In this document: positions 37,951 to 48,102 of the stretch, one piece after another
How the letters are laid out: each line of letters starts with the position of its first letter
Position numbering within the stretch: the first letter of the stretch is position 1
Source of the DNA: Candidatus Saccharimonadota bacterium
Lineage (GTDB): Bacteria > Patescibacteriota > Saccharimonadia > Saccharimonadales > JAUPVS01
Assembly: GCA_037139495.1 (NCBI GenBank)
Contig: JBAXGG010000001.1
Span: 3,025-67,024, forward strand
DNA: 64,000 nt
Direction: 5' to 3'
The notes under the pieces: model-generated
What the model was told of the DNA's origin: nothing
What the model saw: only the letters and a program-made list of their open reading frames with translations
Database searches by the model: none
Position numbers and translations under genes: made by a program

Positions 37951-39165
37951 GTGCAACTGGACGCATTTGTAATTATGCGAACAGTTGTCATATTTTGGAG
38001 AATTTGTATTAGTACAACAACAACTACATTAACCCAGAAACGCTCTAGTCGTTTCAATGGTTTTTGGCGCCTGAGAACCTACCAGCGCCTATTTAAACAA
38101 CTATCTAAGAAATCCCGTCGCCGCACAGTCCGCTACAGCCTATTAGCTGCCAATGTCTTTTTACTAATGATCGTGGCTGCTTTTGTTATTGGTGGGCCTA
38201 AAAATGCTGGAAACAGTTTATCCGGTCAGGGTGTAGCCGCGCTAGGCGAAGCCTCAACTGCAGTTAACCCACTAGACCAACTATCATCAGCCGATATTGC
38301 AGTCCATATTGCTAGGGCTGCTAATCTGGATGAGTCGCAGGCGGTTACTAACAAGGCCGACACGGTTAATGCTCAACAGACCGTCACATCGGCCAGTACC
38401 AGTATCGTAACTAAACCTCAGGTCGTTTCGGATGGCCTAAAGTCACGTAAAGACATTCAATCCTACATCACAATTGACGGTGATACTGTTTCTAGCGTGG
38501 CTGCTAAGTTTGGTGTTACCTCGGACACTATACGTTGGTCTAATGGATTATCTGGCGATACTATTGCTACCGGCAAATCACTAGTGATATCACCAGTTAA
38601 CGGTATCATATATAGGGTTGCACCTGGCGATACAGCTGATGGCTTGGCCACTAAGTATCATGCTAATAAAGATTTATTGATAGCCATTAATGATGCCGAA
38701 ATTAGCGGTTTACCGGTCGGCGAAAATATTATAATTCCTGGTGGTTCACCGGCCGTAGCGACAGCAGCTCGGGCTACATTAGGTGGACTAGCTAGTGGAG
38801 GTGGTTTTGCCTGGGGTGGCTATAATGCTGTATATGGCAGTAACGGGTACGATTACGGCTATTGTACTTGGTGGGTAGCGAACCGGCGTTCTCAAGCCGG
38901 CCACCCCTTACCAAGCAATTTAGGTAACGCTAGTACCTGGAAGGTTTTAGCGCAACGAGCTGGTTTTGGAGTTGGTAACGTGCCAGCTGCTGGCGCTGTT
39001 ATTTGGACACCACCCCGTGACTATTATGGTCACGTTGGCTATGTTGAGTCGGTTAATGCTGACGGCAGTGTGAATATTTCTGAAATGAACGTTATAGGCT
39101 GGGGGCGGGTCGACACTAAAACTCTATCGGCTGACCAAGCCGCCGCTTATTCATACATCTACTAG
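37951..39165 (+). CDS. Peptidoglycan hydrolase with two LysM domains and a C-terminal CHAP domain
   Basis: LysM segments (YITIDGDTVSSVAAKFGVT; YRVAPGDTADGLATKY). CHAP Cys...His (GYCTWWV ... YGHVGYV). Basic N-region plus one TM helix. The true start may be ATG 37975, since a TGgTATAAT -10 sits at 37937-37945. Confidence 0.7.
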   Translation: MQLDAFVIMRTVVIFWRICISTTTTTLTQKRSSRFNGFWRLRTYQRLFKQLSKKSRRRTVRYSLLAANVFLLMIVAAFVIGGPKNAGNSLSGQGVAALGEASTAVNPLDQLSSADIAVHIARAANLDESQAVTNKADTVNAQQTVTSASTSIVTKPQVVSDGLKSRKDIQSYITIDGDTVSSVAAKFGVTSDTIRWSNGLSGDTIATGKSLVISPVNGIIYRVAPGDTADGLATKYHANKDLLIAINDAEISGLPVGENIIIPGGSPAVATAARATLGGLASGGGFAWGGYNAVYGSNGYDYGYCTWWVANRRSQAGHPLPSNLGNASTWKVLAQRAGFGVGNVPAAGAVIWTPPRDYYGHVGYVESVNADGSVNISEMNVIGWGRVDTKTLSADQAAAYSYIY

Positions 39166-39206
39166 CCAGGCTGGACATAACTTGCTAACAGAGGTAGAAT
39201 AAGCCC

Positions 39207-40472
39207 ATGTTTGTGGATAAAGTTGCTGTAACAATTCAAGCGGGCGATGGCGGAGATGGTCGAGTTAATTTTCGTAAGGAAAAATTCATCGATCGTGGCG
39301 GCCCGGATGGCGGTGATGGTGGCAACGGTGGTAGCATTATATTTACAGCTAGCTGGAACCAAAATACACTTGCAAATTTTCGATACCAACGCTTGTTAAA
39401 GGCAGCCGATGGTCAGCCGGGAGATAAGCAAAAAAAACACGGACGAAACGGCCAGGACATGATGATTACCGTACCGGTCGGGACTATCATAACAGATGTA
39501 GAAGGCAAGTTATTGGCCGATTTGACCGAAGATGGTCAGCAAGTGGTTATTGCTAAGGGCGGACGTGGCGGCTTTGGCAATGCTCACTTTATCTCCTCGG
39601 TTCGTCAAGCCCCCCGGGTGGCCGAAAAAGGTGAAAAAGGCGAAATGCACGAGGCGACTATGGAACTAAAGATGATTGCCGACGTTGGTTTGATTGGACT
39701 ACCTAACGCTGGTAAGTCAACTCTGTTGGCCTCAATCAGCCATGCTAAACCCGAGATTGCCGATTACCCTTTTACGACTATTAGGCCAAATCTTGGCGTG
39801 GTCGATATCGACCGGAACAATAGTCTGCTAGTAGCCGATATCCCTGGTTTAATCGAAGGAGCCAGCGAAGGTAAGGGTCTGGGTGATGAATTTTTACGTC
39901 ACGTCGAACGCACCAGTGCTCTGGCCCATCTTATAGATAGTTACTCAGATGATGTTACCGCCGATTACAAAACGATTCAGAAGGAGCTTAAAACTTACTC
40001 AGTTGACCTATCAAAGCGGCCGCAGATCGTTGTTCTTAGCAAGATAGACGGCTTGGACGATGAAATTATAAATTCAAATATAGAAATATTAAAAAAAGTT
40101 GTTCCAAAAAAAACCCAAATTATGGCAATCTCGGCACCCAGTCATAAAGGTGTTAAAGAACTAATTTTTGAGATTCAGAAGATTGTCGTTAAGGAGCGGT
40201 CCAAACAGGCTAAAAAAGTCGCTAAAGTTTTACCAGTTATTAGACTTGAGCAGGACGATAGTTGGCGAGTCGCTAAAGATACCAAAGGCTTTACTGTTAG
40301 TGGTAACAAGATCGAGCGCTTTGCGGCGCGCACTGACTTTGCGAATGCCCATGCTGTTGCTCGATTGCGTGATATTCTTAAGAAAATGGGCATCATGAAA
40401 GAACTGCAGAAGAAAGGTATTGAGCCGGGTCAACCGATTACAATTAACGGTTACGAAAGCATTGAATACTAA
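39207..40472 (+). CDS. obg: GTPase Obg/CgtA
   Basis: Gly-rich Obg fold (GGDGGDGRVNF, GGPDGGDGGNGG), G-domain GLIGLPNAGKST, DIPGLIEGA. Confidence 0.9.
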   Translation: MFVDKVAVTIQAGDGGDGRVNFRKEKFIDRGGPDGGDGGNGGSIIFTASWNQNTLANFRYQRLLKAADGQPGDKQKKHGRNGQDMMITVPVGTIITDVEGKLLADLTEDGQQVVIAKGGRGGFGNAHFISSVRQAPRVAEKGEKGEMHEATMELKMIADVGLIGLPNAGKSTLLASISHAKPEIADYPFTTIRPNLGVVDIDRNNSLLVADIPGLIEGASEGKGLGDEFLRHVERTSALAHLIDSYSDDVTADYKTIQKELKTYSVDLSKRPQIVVLSKIDGLDDEIINSNIEILKKVVPKKTQIMAISAPSHKGVKELIFEIQKIVVKERSKQAKKVAKVLPVIRLEQDDSWRVAKDTKGFTVSGNKIERFAARTDFANAHAVARLRDILKKMGIMKELQKKGIEPGQPITINGYESIEY

Positions 40473-41920
40473 TGGCGGCCAGCAGCTTATTTTTTTACGA
40501 TTTAGAAACTAGCGGGATTAACCCGCGCAGTTCTAGAATTATGCAATTCGCCGGCCAACGGACCGATCTTAAACTAAAACCAATCGGCGAACCGGTTAAT
40601 ATTTTGATCAAACTTAGCGATGACATTCTACCAGAACCGAATGCCATTATGATTACCGGGATTACACCTCAGCAGACAAAAGCTGATGGCATTACTGAGG
40701 CCGAATTCTTAAAAATCTTCAGTCATGAGATTGCAATACCAGGAACGATTTTTACTGGTTTCAACAATGTTCGATTCGATGATGAGTTCATGCGTTTTTT
40801 AAATTACCGCAACTTTTATGATCCTTATGAGTGGCAATGGCAGGATGAACGTAGTCGCTGGGATATTTTGGACGTTGTTCGGCTAACACGCGCATTACGG
40901 CCTGATGGCATTACGTGGCCGTTTGACACTGATGGTAAGCCATCTAACCGTCTAGAGATGCTTTCTAGTGTTAATGGATTAGAACACACCGATGCGCACG
41001 ATGCCTTAAGTGATGTGCGGGCCACAATTGCTCTTGCTAGACTAATATATAACAAGCAAAATAAGCTTTTTGAATATCTTCTATCGATACGCGGCAAGAA
41101 GGCTGTGGCCGATCTAGTAGATTCTGACCAACCTTTTGTGTATGCTTCAGGAAAGTATTCAGCCGATTACCAAAAAACCGCTGTTGTTACCAAGATCGCT
41201 GATCATCCAACACGCCAAGGGGCATTAGTTTATGATCTGCGACATGATCCTAACCAGTATTTAAGAAAAACTCCTAGTGAATTAGTTGAACTATGGCGTT
41301 GGAAAAAAGACGCCATCGAACCCCGGCTACCGATCAAAACGCTTCAGTATAATCGCGTACCAGCAGTGGCACCACTCGGTGTCTTAGATAAAGATTGCCA
41401 AAAACGCCTAAGAATAGACTTAGCAATTGTTAAGGCGAATCGTCAGAAGCTATCAAAAGCCAACGACTTCAAAAAAAACCTGCTCCGAGCGCTAGAGATT
41501 ATGGATAAAGACCAGCAAACCCGTTTGGTTGCGACTGATACTGAAGTTGACGCTCAGCTGTATGATAATTTCATTAGCCGCCCGGACCAGATTGTGATGA
41601 GGGCGGTTAGAGTTGCAGAACCGGACGATCTGAATGGTTTTACTAATCGGCTGATAGATCCGCGCCTTAAGGCTATCTTGCCGCTGTATAAGGCTAGGAA
41701 TTTTCCTAAGTCATTGTCGTCCGAAGAACTAGCGGAGTGGGAGAGGCATCGTCAGCAAGTACTCACCGGAGGCGGTAAACAGAGCCGGCTCGCACTATTT
41801 TTTGCGCGACTCGAAGAAATAGCCAAAACCAAGGGTATTAGCCAAGAAAAACGTTACTTACTGGAAGAACTCCACCTTTACGGCGAAAGTATTATGCCTG
41901 TTCCAGATTTCGTAGACTGA
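40472..41920 (+). CDS. sbcB: Exodeoxyribonuclease I
   Basis: DEDDh exonuclease N-terminus (FFYDLETSGINP ... QFAGQRTD) and a length of 482 aa similar to E. coli ExoI. Confidence 0.75.
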   Translation: MAASSLFFYDLETSGINPRSSRIMQFAGQRTDLKLKPIGEPVNILIKLSDDILPEPNAIMITGITPQQTKADGITEAEFLKIFSHEIAIPGTIFTGFNNVRFDDEFMRFLNYRNFYDPYEWQWQDERSRWDILDVVRLTRALRPDGITWPFDTDGKPSNRLEMLSSVNGLEHTDAHDALSDVRATIALARLIYNKQNKLFEYLLSIRGKKAVADLVDSDQPFVYASGKYSADYQKTAVVTKIADHPTRQGALVYDLRHDPNQYLRKTPSELVELWRWKKDAIEPRLPIKTLQYNRVPAVAPLGVLDKDCQKRLRIDLAIVKANRQKLSKANDFKKNLLRALEIMDKDQQTRLVATDTEVDAQLYDNFISRPDQIVMRAVRVAEPDDLNGFTNRLIDPRLKAILPLYKARNFPKSLSSEELAEWERHRQQVLTGGGKQSRLALFFARLEEIAKTKGISQEKRYLLEELHLYGESIMPVPDFVD

Positions 41921-42127
41921 TAACATCAAAGTGACGTTGATTTTGATGTTGTAGCTTTTCAGTCCTTGCTTTGTAATAGCGATAACCAAAATAGCTCAAT
42001 AATGGCCACAAGATTAGTTGATACCAAAGAAAGGTGAGTTGAAGGTGAGTGCCTGGTATTTGTCCCAGGACAATAAGTTGCATCATAATTCCAAACCCGT
42101 TTACATATACCTTAATTCTAAATCTAT

Positions 42128-42156
42128 TTGCAATAAAGTCAATAGTAGTTTATCAT
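42128..42156 (+). promoter_or_regulatory. Sigma70-like promoter (TTGCAA-17-TATCAT) upstream of the first cassette gene
   Basis: Hexamers and spacing read from the sequence; a second TGcTATAAT -10 lies at about 43016-43024 before the second cassette gene. Confidence 0.4.
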
Positions 42157-42222
42157 CCTAATGCTTAGGAGTATTTATCAATACTCTGGTAAACTAAAAT
42201 ATAAGTTTTTACGGAGACATAG

Positions 42223-43005
42223 GTGTATATGAATCGTCAGCGCAACTCGTTTAGTCAAAATGGTGTAGGAATGGAAATATGTTTTTCTGAGCAAACTACT
42301 ACGCCAGAAGAATTTGGCCGTAGTGGCTTATATATTTCTTCTCCCCCCGAAGTTCGAATAATTCGGCAGGTTAGTATTCATCCTGACGATAATGAAAGAT
42401 TACGTAATGCAGTAGACTATTTAGGTCAAAAAAACTACGGAAAAGGTAAGGCTACTGCTATTGGATCCCTAGCATGTACCTATGTATCTGCCGAAGAAAT
42501 GGCTCGAATGCTAGAAAATAAGTACCCTAAAATATATCAAAATCGTCGCAAGATAACTCAAATGCAACGGCGCATGGCAAAAGACTATAAACAATTCGTT
42601 CAAAATTCAGGTAGATCCGTAGAGGAAGCAGTAATGTCGGGTTTTAGAGTACAGATTGACGGTCACGATGACGAGCAAACAGATGTATTCCCGTTAATTG
42701 ATGAAATGAAATGGTCGGCCGGAGATTTTTTTATTTCTGATTATGAAAAATATAGCCACAACACAATCGGACTAGACCTTTCAGAGAACTTAACTTTGAT
42801 GGCTGAAATGGATGAAACAGTTGCATACTTAAGGGATGAGGGACTTAACATAAACTCCATAGACAGGACCCGTGAACCACACCTGAGTATATTTACAACT
42901 TTCGGCAGTCTGGGGAACACTAGTTTGCACGCTATGAGCCATCCCAACCCTGTTACTTTGGAGCTTCCAAAAATGTGGGTTAATTCTAGCGGGATCACTA
43001 TTTAA
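42223..43005 (+). CDS. Hypothetical protein, no recognisable family (AT-rich cassette gene 1)
   Basis: 260-aa ORF with lower GC than its flanks; only weak H-x-[ST]-x dyads (SHNTI, PHLSI); its own promoter. Confidence 0.45.
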   Translation: MYMNRQRNSFSQNGVGMEICFSEQTTTPEEFGRSGLYISSPPEVRIIRQVSIHPDDNERLRNAVDYLGQKNYGKGKATAIGSLACTYVSAEEMARMLENKYPKIYQNRRKITQMQRRMAKDYKQFVQNSGRSVEEAVMSGFRVQIDGHDDEQTDVFPLIDEMKWSAGDFFISDYEKYSHNTIGLDLSENLTLMAEMDETVAYLRDEGLNINSIDRTREPHLSIFTTFGSLGNTSLHAMSHPNPVTLELPKMWVNSSGITI

Positions 43006-43048
43006 TACAACAATATGCTATAATAGCAAGCGGAGTAAACAGTAAATT

Positions 43049-43855
43049 ATGCCAGTACGTGATGAGAAGGATTTCAGTTACATTGATATGAGCCGAGCCG
43101 TTGAAGGCCCTGGCATAATTAAGTTTTTAGGTGCAGTCGATTACCATAGCAGAGAAATATTTGGTAATGATCAATCAGGCATAGTTGTCATCCCTGGCCA
43201 TCTGGACGAGGATGCTAGGATTAACAGTAGTAACGAGGATTACCTATCATCCGAATTAGAAATCAAAACGGTGGGTAGCCCGAGGTTTAAAGTATACGAT
43301 GCAGAGGATATAAGGTTTACGTTGCTCCATCGCCGCCAACCGAAGGAGCTGAATAAGACGAGCAGGTTATTGTGGGCAGGTCGTAGGACAACTAGAATAC
43401 AAGAGCAAACATACCATCCAATTGATGTAGATACAGATCAGGCCCCGCTATTTAAGACTAGTCCACTCTATGAGGCTTTGGTCAGGATTGGTCTTCAGTA
43501 TGATGTGCCTAGCCAGGATAACGTACCGATTAAATTTTCGGCAATTACTTTGAACCCAGATTCTGATTTTGGCGATAAAGGCATTGAGCTGGCATTGATT
43601 CCGTCCCCTGATGACAAAGTTACTCGTATGTTGGTTGATCAGATTCAACTATGCTATACAGCTCTAAAGCAAAAATCAAAATGGGCTGTATATCCGAATA
43701 ACGGGCCATTACCCTTAACTGTGCCATTTGCACGTTTGCCACGAGATGTTACTGAATCAGAGATAAAACAGTTTATAAAAGTTATGGACGAAAACTTACT
43801 TCCAGTCCGTGGCGTATTGAGTGTGATTAATCCTCGTCCCACCATTCATAACTAG
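43049..43855 (+). CDS. Hypothetical protein, no recognisable family (AT-rich cassette gene 2)
   Basis: 268-aa ORF with lower GC than its flanks; no motifs recognised. Confidence 0.45.
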   Translation: MPVRDEKDFSYIDMSRAVEGPGIIKFLGAVDYHSREIFGNDQSGIVVIPGHLDEDARINSSNEDYLSSELEIKTVGSPRFKVYDAEDIRFTLLHRRQPKELNKTSRLLWAGRRTTRIQEQTYHPIDVDTDQAPLFKTSPLYEALVRIGLQYDVPSQDNVPIKFSAITLNPDSDFGDKGIELALIPSPDDKVTRMLVDQIQLCYTALKQKSKWAVYPNNGPLPLTVPFARLPRDVTESEIKQFIKVMDENLLPVRGVLSVINPRPTIHN

Positions 43856-43902
43856 CTAGGGTCTAGTAAAACTTATAAGAAATCTGTATAATTAGTCGAC
43901 TT

Positions 43903-46713
43903 ATGAGCGACGCTATTTTAGTTAAAGGTGCTCGGGAGCATAACCTCAAAAATATTGATGTTGAGATTCCGCGCGGTAAATTAGTGGTAATTACCGGCTT
44001 GTCCGGCTCAGGTAAGTCGTCCCTGGCTTTTGACACCATTTACGCCGAAGGGCAACGTCGTTATGTTGAATCGCTTAGCTCGTATGCTCGACAGTTCCTG
44101 GGACTTATGGAAAAGCCGGACGTCGATCAGATAGACGGACTGAGCCCAGCAATTTCTATTGACCAAAAATCAACTAGTCGTAACCCTCGCTCGACTGTGG
44201 CCACTGTCACTGAGATTTATGATTATTTACGCCTGTTGTATGCCCGCATCGGGATTCCCCATTGCCCTGTTTGTAGTAAACCGGTTGCCCGTACAACAAG
44301 TGCTGCCATTGTTGATCAGATTACTAAATTACCAGTCGACGCCAAGATTATGATCCTAGCACCAATTATTAACTCCAAAAAAGGTGCGTTTGAGCATATA
44401 CCAGAACAATATACACGGGCCGGTTTTGCCCGGGCTCGAGTTGACGGCGTCGTTTACGCTTTGGATGAATTCCCAGAACTCGATAAGAACTACAAACATA
44501 CCATCGAAATTGTGGTTGATCGCTTAGTGAATAACGATGACAGCCGTGGCCGATTAGTCCAGTCTGTCGAGCAAGCTATAGAAGTTGCCGATGGCAAGGT
44601 TAGTGTTTTAGATGCTGCTACAAAAATTGAGAGCTTTTATAGCTTAAGATACGGCTGCCTCGACCATCCTGATGTTGCTATACCTGAGCTCGAACCACGT
44701 ACCTTCAGTTTTAACAGCCCACAAGGTGCTTGCCCGATTTGTACCGGGCTTGGCTCCCGCCTAGAGGTAGACCCTGAGCTAGTTATTCCGAATGGTCGCT
44801 TGACCCTGGCCGAAGGTGCTGTTAGGCCATATAACCGGATTAATACCGACAACTGGTACATGAAAAAACTGCAAGCTCTGGCTGATCGATATGAATTTAG
44901 TGTCCATGTCCCGACCGGTGACTTAACCAAAGCCCAAATTGAAAAAATCATGTATGGTACAGCTGACGAAACCTATAAAATATCTTTGGGCATCGGTCGT
45001 TCGTTCGATACCACCTACGAAGGGGTAATTCCAAATTTGGAACGCCGCCACAAAGAAACCGACAGTGATTTTATGCGTCGTGACATTGAGCGTTTTATGC
45101 AGGAGAGGCCTTGCCACGCTTGTCATGGGAGACGGCTTAAGCCAGAGGTGCTAGCTATTACAGTTGGCGGGCTATCGATTATGGATATTTGCGAGCTATC
45201 AATCGACGATGCCATAGACTTTTTTAAACAGCTTAAGTTGAGCGCTAAAGATGCACAAATCGCTACTCAAATATTTAAAGAAATCTCCGCTAGATTACAG
45301 TTTTTGCAAGATGTGGGCCTTAATTATCTAAGCTTATTGCGCAGTGCTGTTACCTTGAGCGGGGGTGAAGCTCAGCGGATACGTTTGGCTACGCAAATTG
45401 GTTCTGGCCTGCAAGGAGTCCTTTATGTTTTGGATGAGCCTTCGATCGGCCTTCATCAGCGTGACAACGAACGCCTAATCAAAACCCTCAAACACCTAAG
45501 AGACCTTGGCAACACAGTAATTGTTGTCGAACATGACGAAGAAACAATTCGGACCGCCGATTTCCTGTTAGACATCGGTCCGGGGGCAGGAATTCATGGT
45601 GGATACGTAGTTGCCTCTGGCACTCCGGAACAAGTATCTAGGGTACCCAAAAGTGTTACTGGCCAGTATCTTCGCGGCGAAAAGGTCATTCCAATTCCCA
45701 CAAAACGACGCAAAGGTAACGGAAAAGCCCTGGTAGTAAAGGGCGCCCGCGAGAATAACCTTCAGAATGTTACGGTCTCGATTCCTCTAGGCAAGATGGT
45801 GTTAGTAACTGGTGTATCGGGCTCGGGTAAGTCTAGTTTGATTAACGACATTGTGGCTAAAGAATTACAAGCACGTTTACATAGGGCCAATACTGTACCG
45901 GGCCGTCATGATGAAATTGACGGTATTAAGGAACTAGACAAAGCGATTGTTATTGATCAGTCGCCGATCGGTCGCACTCCACGTTCTAATCCAGCCACAT
46001 ACACTGGTCTATTTACACCAATTCGCGAATTATTCGCTAGTACACCAGAAGCCAAATTACGTGGTTATGCGGCCGGCCGTTTTAGCTTTAACGTTAAAGG
46101 TGGTCGTTGCGAAAACTGTTCTGGTGACGGAATTATAAAAATTGAGATGCACTTTTTACCGGATGTCTATGTGCCCTGCGAAGTTTGTCACGGTAAGCGC
46201 TATAACCGCGAAGCTCTAGAGATTCATTTTAAAGGTAAGGCAATTAGCGATATTTTAGAAATGACTTGCGAAGTTGCTTTAGAATTTTTCGGAAACATTC
46301 CCTCGATTGCCCGCAAGCTTCAAACCTTAGTTGATGTAGGTTTGGGCTATATCGCTCTCGGTCAATCGGCAACTACACTTAGCGGGGGTGAAGCTCAGCG
46401 TATTAAGCTGGCTACAGAATTGTCACGTCGTCCAACCGGCCGTACGCTTTATATTTTGGACGAGCCTACTACTGGTTTACACATGGCTGATATCAATAAA
46501 TTGCTGCATGTCTTGCATGCCCTAGTTGACGCCGGTAACAGTATGATTATCATTGAGCACAACTTAGACGTTATTAAAGCTGCTGACCACATTATCGATA
46601 TGGGCCCCGAAGGCGGTAGCGGCGGCGGATTTATTATTGCCGAGGGAACACCCGAGCAAGTTGCCAAGATAAAAAAATCTTACACAGGTCAGTTTTTAAA
46701 AACAATTCTTTAA
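43903..46713 (+). CDS. uvrA: Excinuclease ABC subunit A
   Basis: Two ABC ATPase modules ([11 protein letters not shown]; [10 protein letters not shown]), LSGGE signatures and zinc-finger Cys clusters; 936 aa. Confidence 0.95.
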   Translation: MSDAILVKGAREHNLKNIDVEIPRGKLVVITGLSGSGKSSLAFDTIYAEGQRRYVESLSSYARQFLGLMEKPDVDQIDGLSPAISIDQKSTSRNPRSTVATVTEIYDYLRLLYARIGIPHCPVCSKPVARTTSAAIVDQITKLPVDAKIMILAPIINSKKGAFEHIPEQYTRAGFARARVDGVVYALDEFPELDKNYKHTIEIVVDRLVNNDDSRGRLVQSVEQAIEVADGKVSVLDAATKIESFYSLRYGCLDHPDVAIPELEPRTFSFNSPQGACPICTGLGSRLEVDPELVIPNGRLTLAEGAVRPYNRINTDNWYMKKLQALADRYEFSVHVPTGDLTKAQIEKIMYGTADETYKISLGIGRSFDTTYEGVIPNLERRHKETDSDFMRRDIERFMQERPCHACHGRRLKPEVLAITVGGLSIMDICELSIDDAIDFFKQLKLSAKDAQIATQIFKEISARLQFLQDVGLNYLSLLRSAVTLSGGEAQRIRLATQIGSGLQGVLYVLDEPSIGLHQRDNERLIKTLKHLRDLGNTVIVVEHDEETIRTADFLLDIGPGAGIHGGYVVASGTPEQVSRVPKSVTGQYLRGEKVIPIPTKRRKGNGKALVVKGARENNLQNVTVSIPLGKMVLVTGVSGSGKSSLINDIVAKELQARLHRANTVPGRHDEIDGIKELDKAIVIDQSPIGRTPRSNPATYTGLFTPIRELFASTPEAKLRGYAAGRFSFNVKGGRCENCSGDGIIKIEMHFLPDVYVPCEVCHGKRYNREALEIHFKGKAISDILEMTCEVALEFFGNIPSIARKLQTLVDVGLGYIALGQSATTLSGGEAQRIKLATELSRRPTGRTLYILDEPTTGLHMADINKLLHVLHALVDAGNSMIIIEHNLDVIKAADHIIDMGPEGGSGGGFIIAEGTPEQVAKIKKSYTGQFLKTIL

Positions 46714-47348
46714 CGACGAGTAACTTTTTTCCACAAATCTTGGCGAAGTTTTTTGTCTTTGATGATGTGTAGTATTACTGGACTAAAAGTAAATAGCATG
46801 GCCAGCAAAACTATCGGCAGTAGGTACTTATCGATATTGGGTATTTTACTGCCTAGCCAGTGACCCAGCATAACAACGCCAGCACCCCAAAGGGTGGCGC
46901 CAACTATGTTAAAGGACAGGAATCGTTTGTAATGCATTTTTCCGACACCAGCAACTAATGGCGCGAAAGTACGAATAATCGGTATAAAACGAGCTAAAAT
47001 AATCGTTTTACCACCGTGGTTTTGATAGAAAGCTTCAGCCTTGACAACGTACTCTTGGCGGAAAAATAGACCGTCCTTTTTACTGAAAATACGATGACCA
47101 GTCCGGCGCCCAATAGCGTAACCAACACTGTCGCCAGCGATAGCCGCTACTATAACCACTAACAACACCCAGCCCAGGGGTAGTTTACCCTGAGCGGCAA
47201 AGAAACCAGCCGTAAACAGTAGAGTATCGCCGGGTAGGAAAAAGCCAATCAATAAGCCTGATTCAGCAAAGACCATACCGCCAATTAATAGCAACCCAGT
47301 CAATACTCCGGCGCTTTGTAGTAGGTGCTCAGGATTAATTCCAAACAT
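46710..47348 (-). CDS. DedA-family membrane protein
   Basis: DedA signature region (...[21 protein letters not shown]...) and about 5 TM helices. Confidence 0.8.
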   Translation of the reverse strand: MFGINPEHLLQSAGVLTGLLLIGGMVFAESGLLIGFFLPGDTLLFTAGFFAAQGKLPLGWVLLVVIVAAIAGDSVGYAIGRRTGHRIFSKKDGLFFRQEYVVKAEAFYQNHGGKTIILARFIPIIRTFAPLVAGVGKMHYKRFLSFNIVGATLWGAGVVMLGHWLGSKIPNIDKYLLPIVLLAMLFTFSPVILHIIKDKKLRQDLWKKVTRR

Positions 47349-47429
47349 GTTTTACTAGCTTAACCTATAAGCTAGTTCGCCGTCTACTCCGAATCTTTGC
47401 TATACTATAGGTTACAAACCAAGGAGGTT

Positions 47430-48101
47430 CTAGTGTCCGATCAAGATATCGCAATTACATTGCAAAACCGAGAAGCGGTGGGGAAAGCTGTCAAAAAGTT
47501 GCGAAGAGATGGATTAGTGCCTGCTGTTATTCACGATCATGGACGAGATTCTATTCATGTAATGGCCTCTTATACTGAGTTACACAAGGTCTACAAAGAA
47601 GCTGGTAAGCATCATCCAGTAAACTTGACTGTCGATGGTAAAAAATACCTAGCCATTATTCGGGATGTAGATTTTGAGCCACGCAAGCATATGCTGCGTC
47701 ATGTTGTGTTTAACGCCATCGAGCAAAACAAGCCTGTTGAAACTGAAGTTCCAGTTGTATTCGAAGGCGATGCCGAAGCCGAAAAGGCTGGTTTTATGAT
47801 TCTTCGCCAACTCGACAACGTTGAAGTTAAGGCATTACCAAAAGACCTGCCTGATCAAGTCACTATCGATATTTCTGGTCTTACTGCTGTTGGTGATCGC
47901 CTCCACGTTTCTGACATTGTTGTTCCAGCCGGCGTGACTATTCTAACCGAAGCCGAACATGCCGTAGCCATGGTCGAAGAACCACGTTCACTAGCTGCCG
48001 CTCAAGCCGAAGAAGATGAAGCCGCTGCCGCCGAAGCCGCTCCAGTAGTCGCCGAGGAAGGTGAAGAGCCTAAGACTGATACTCCTTCCGAAACAGAGTA
48101 A
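47430..48101 (+). CDS. rplY: 50S ribosomal protein L25 / general stress protein Ctc form
   Basis: L25 N-domain (REAVGKAVKKLRRDGLVPAVIHDHG) with an acidic C-terminal extension. Start placed at GTG 47430, which follows an AAGGAGG RBS; the ORF-track ATG at 47397 lies upstream of the RBS. Confidence 0.75.
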   Translation, partial: LVSDQDIAITLQNREAVGKAVKKLRRDGLVPAVIHDHGRDSIHVMASYTELHKVYKEAGKHHPVNLTVDGKKYLAIIRDVDFEPRKHMLRHVVFNAIEQNKPVETEVPVVFEGDAEAEKAGFMILRQLDNVEVKALPKDLPDQVTIDISGLTAVGDRLHVSDIVVPAGVTILTEAEHAVAMVEEPRSLAAAQAEEDEAAAAEAAPVVAEEGEEPKTDTPSETE

Positions 48102-48102
48102 G

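Noticed and set aside
41892-42086. 64-aa minus-strand ORF convergent with sbcB
   Set aside because: It overlaps the sbcB 3' end and its terminator hairpin, has no RBS, and lies in the promoter region of the cassette; likely spurious.
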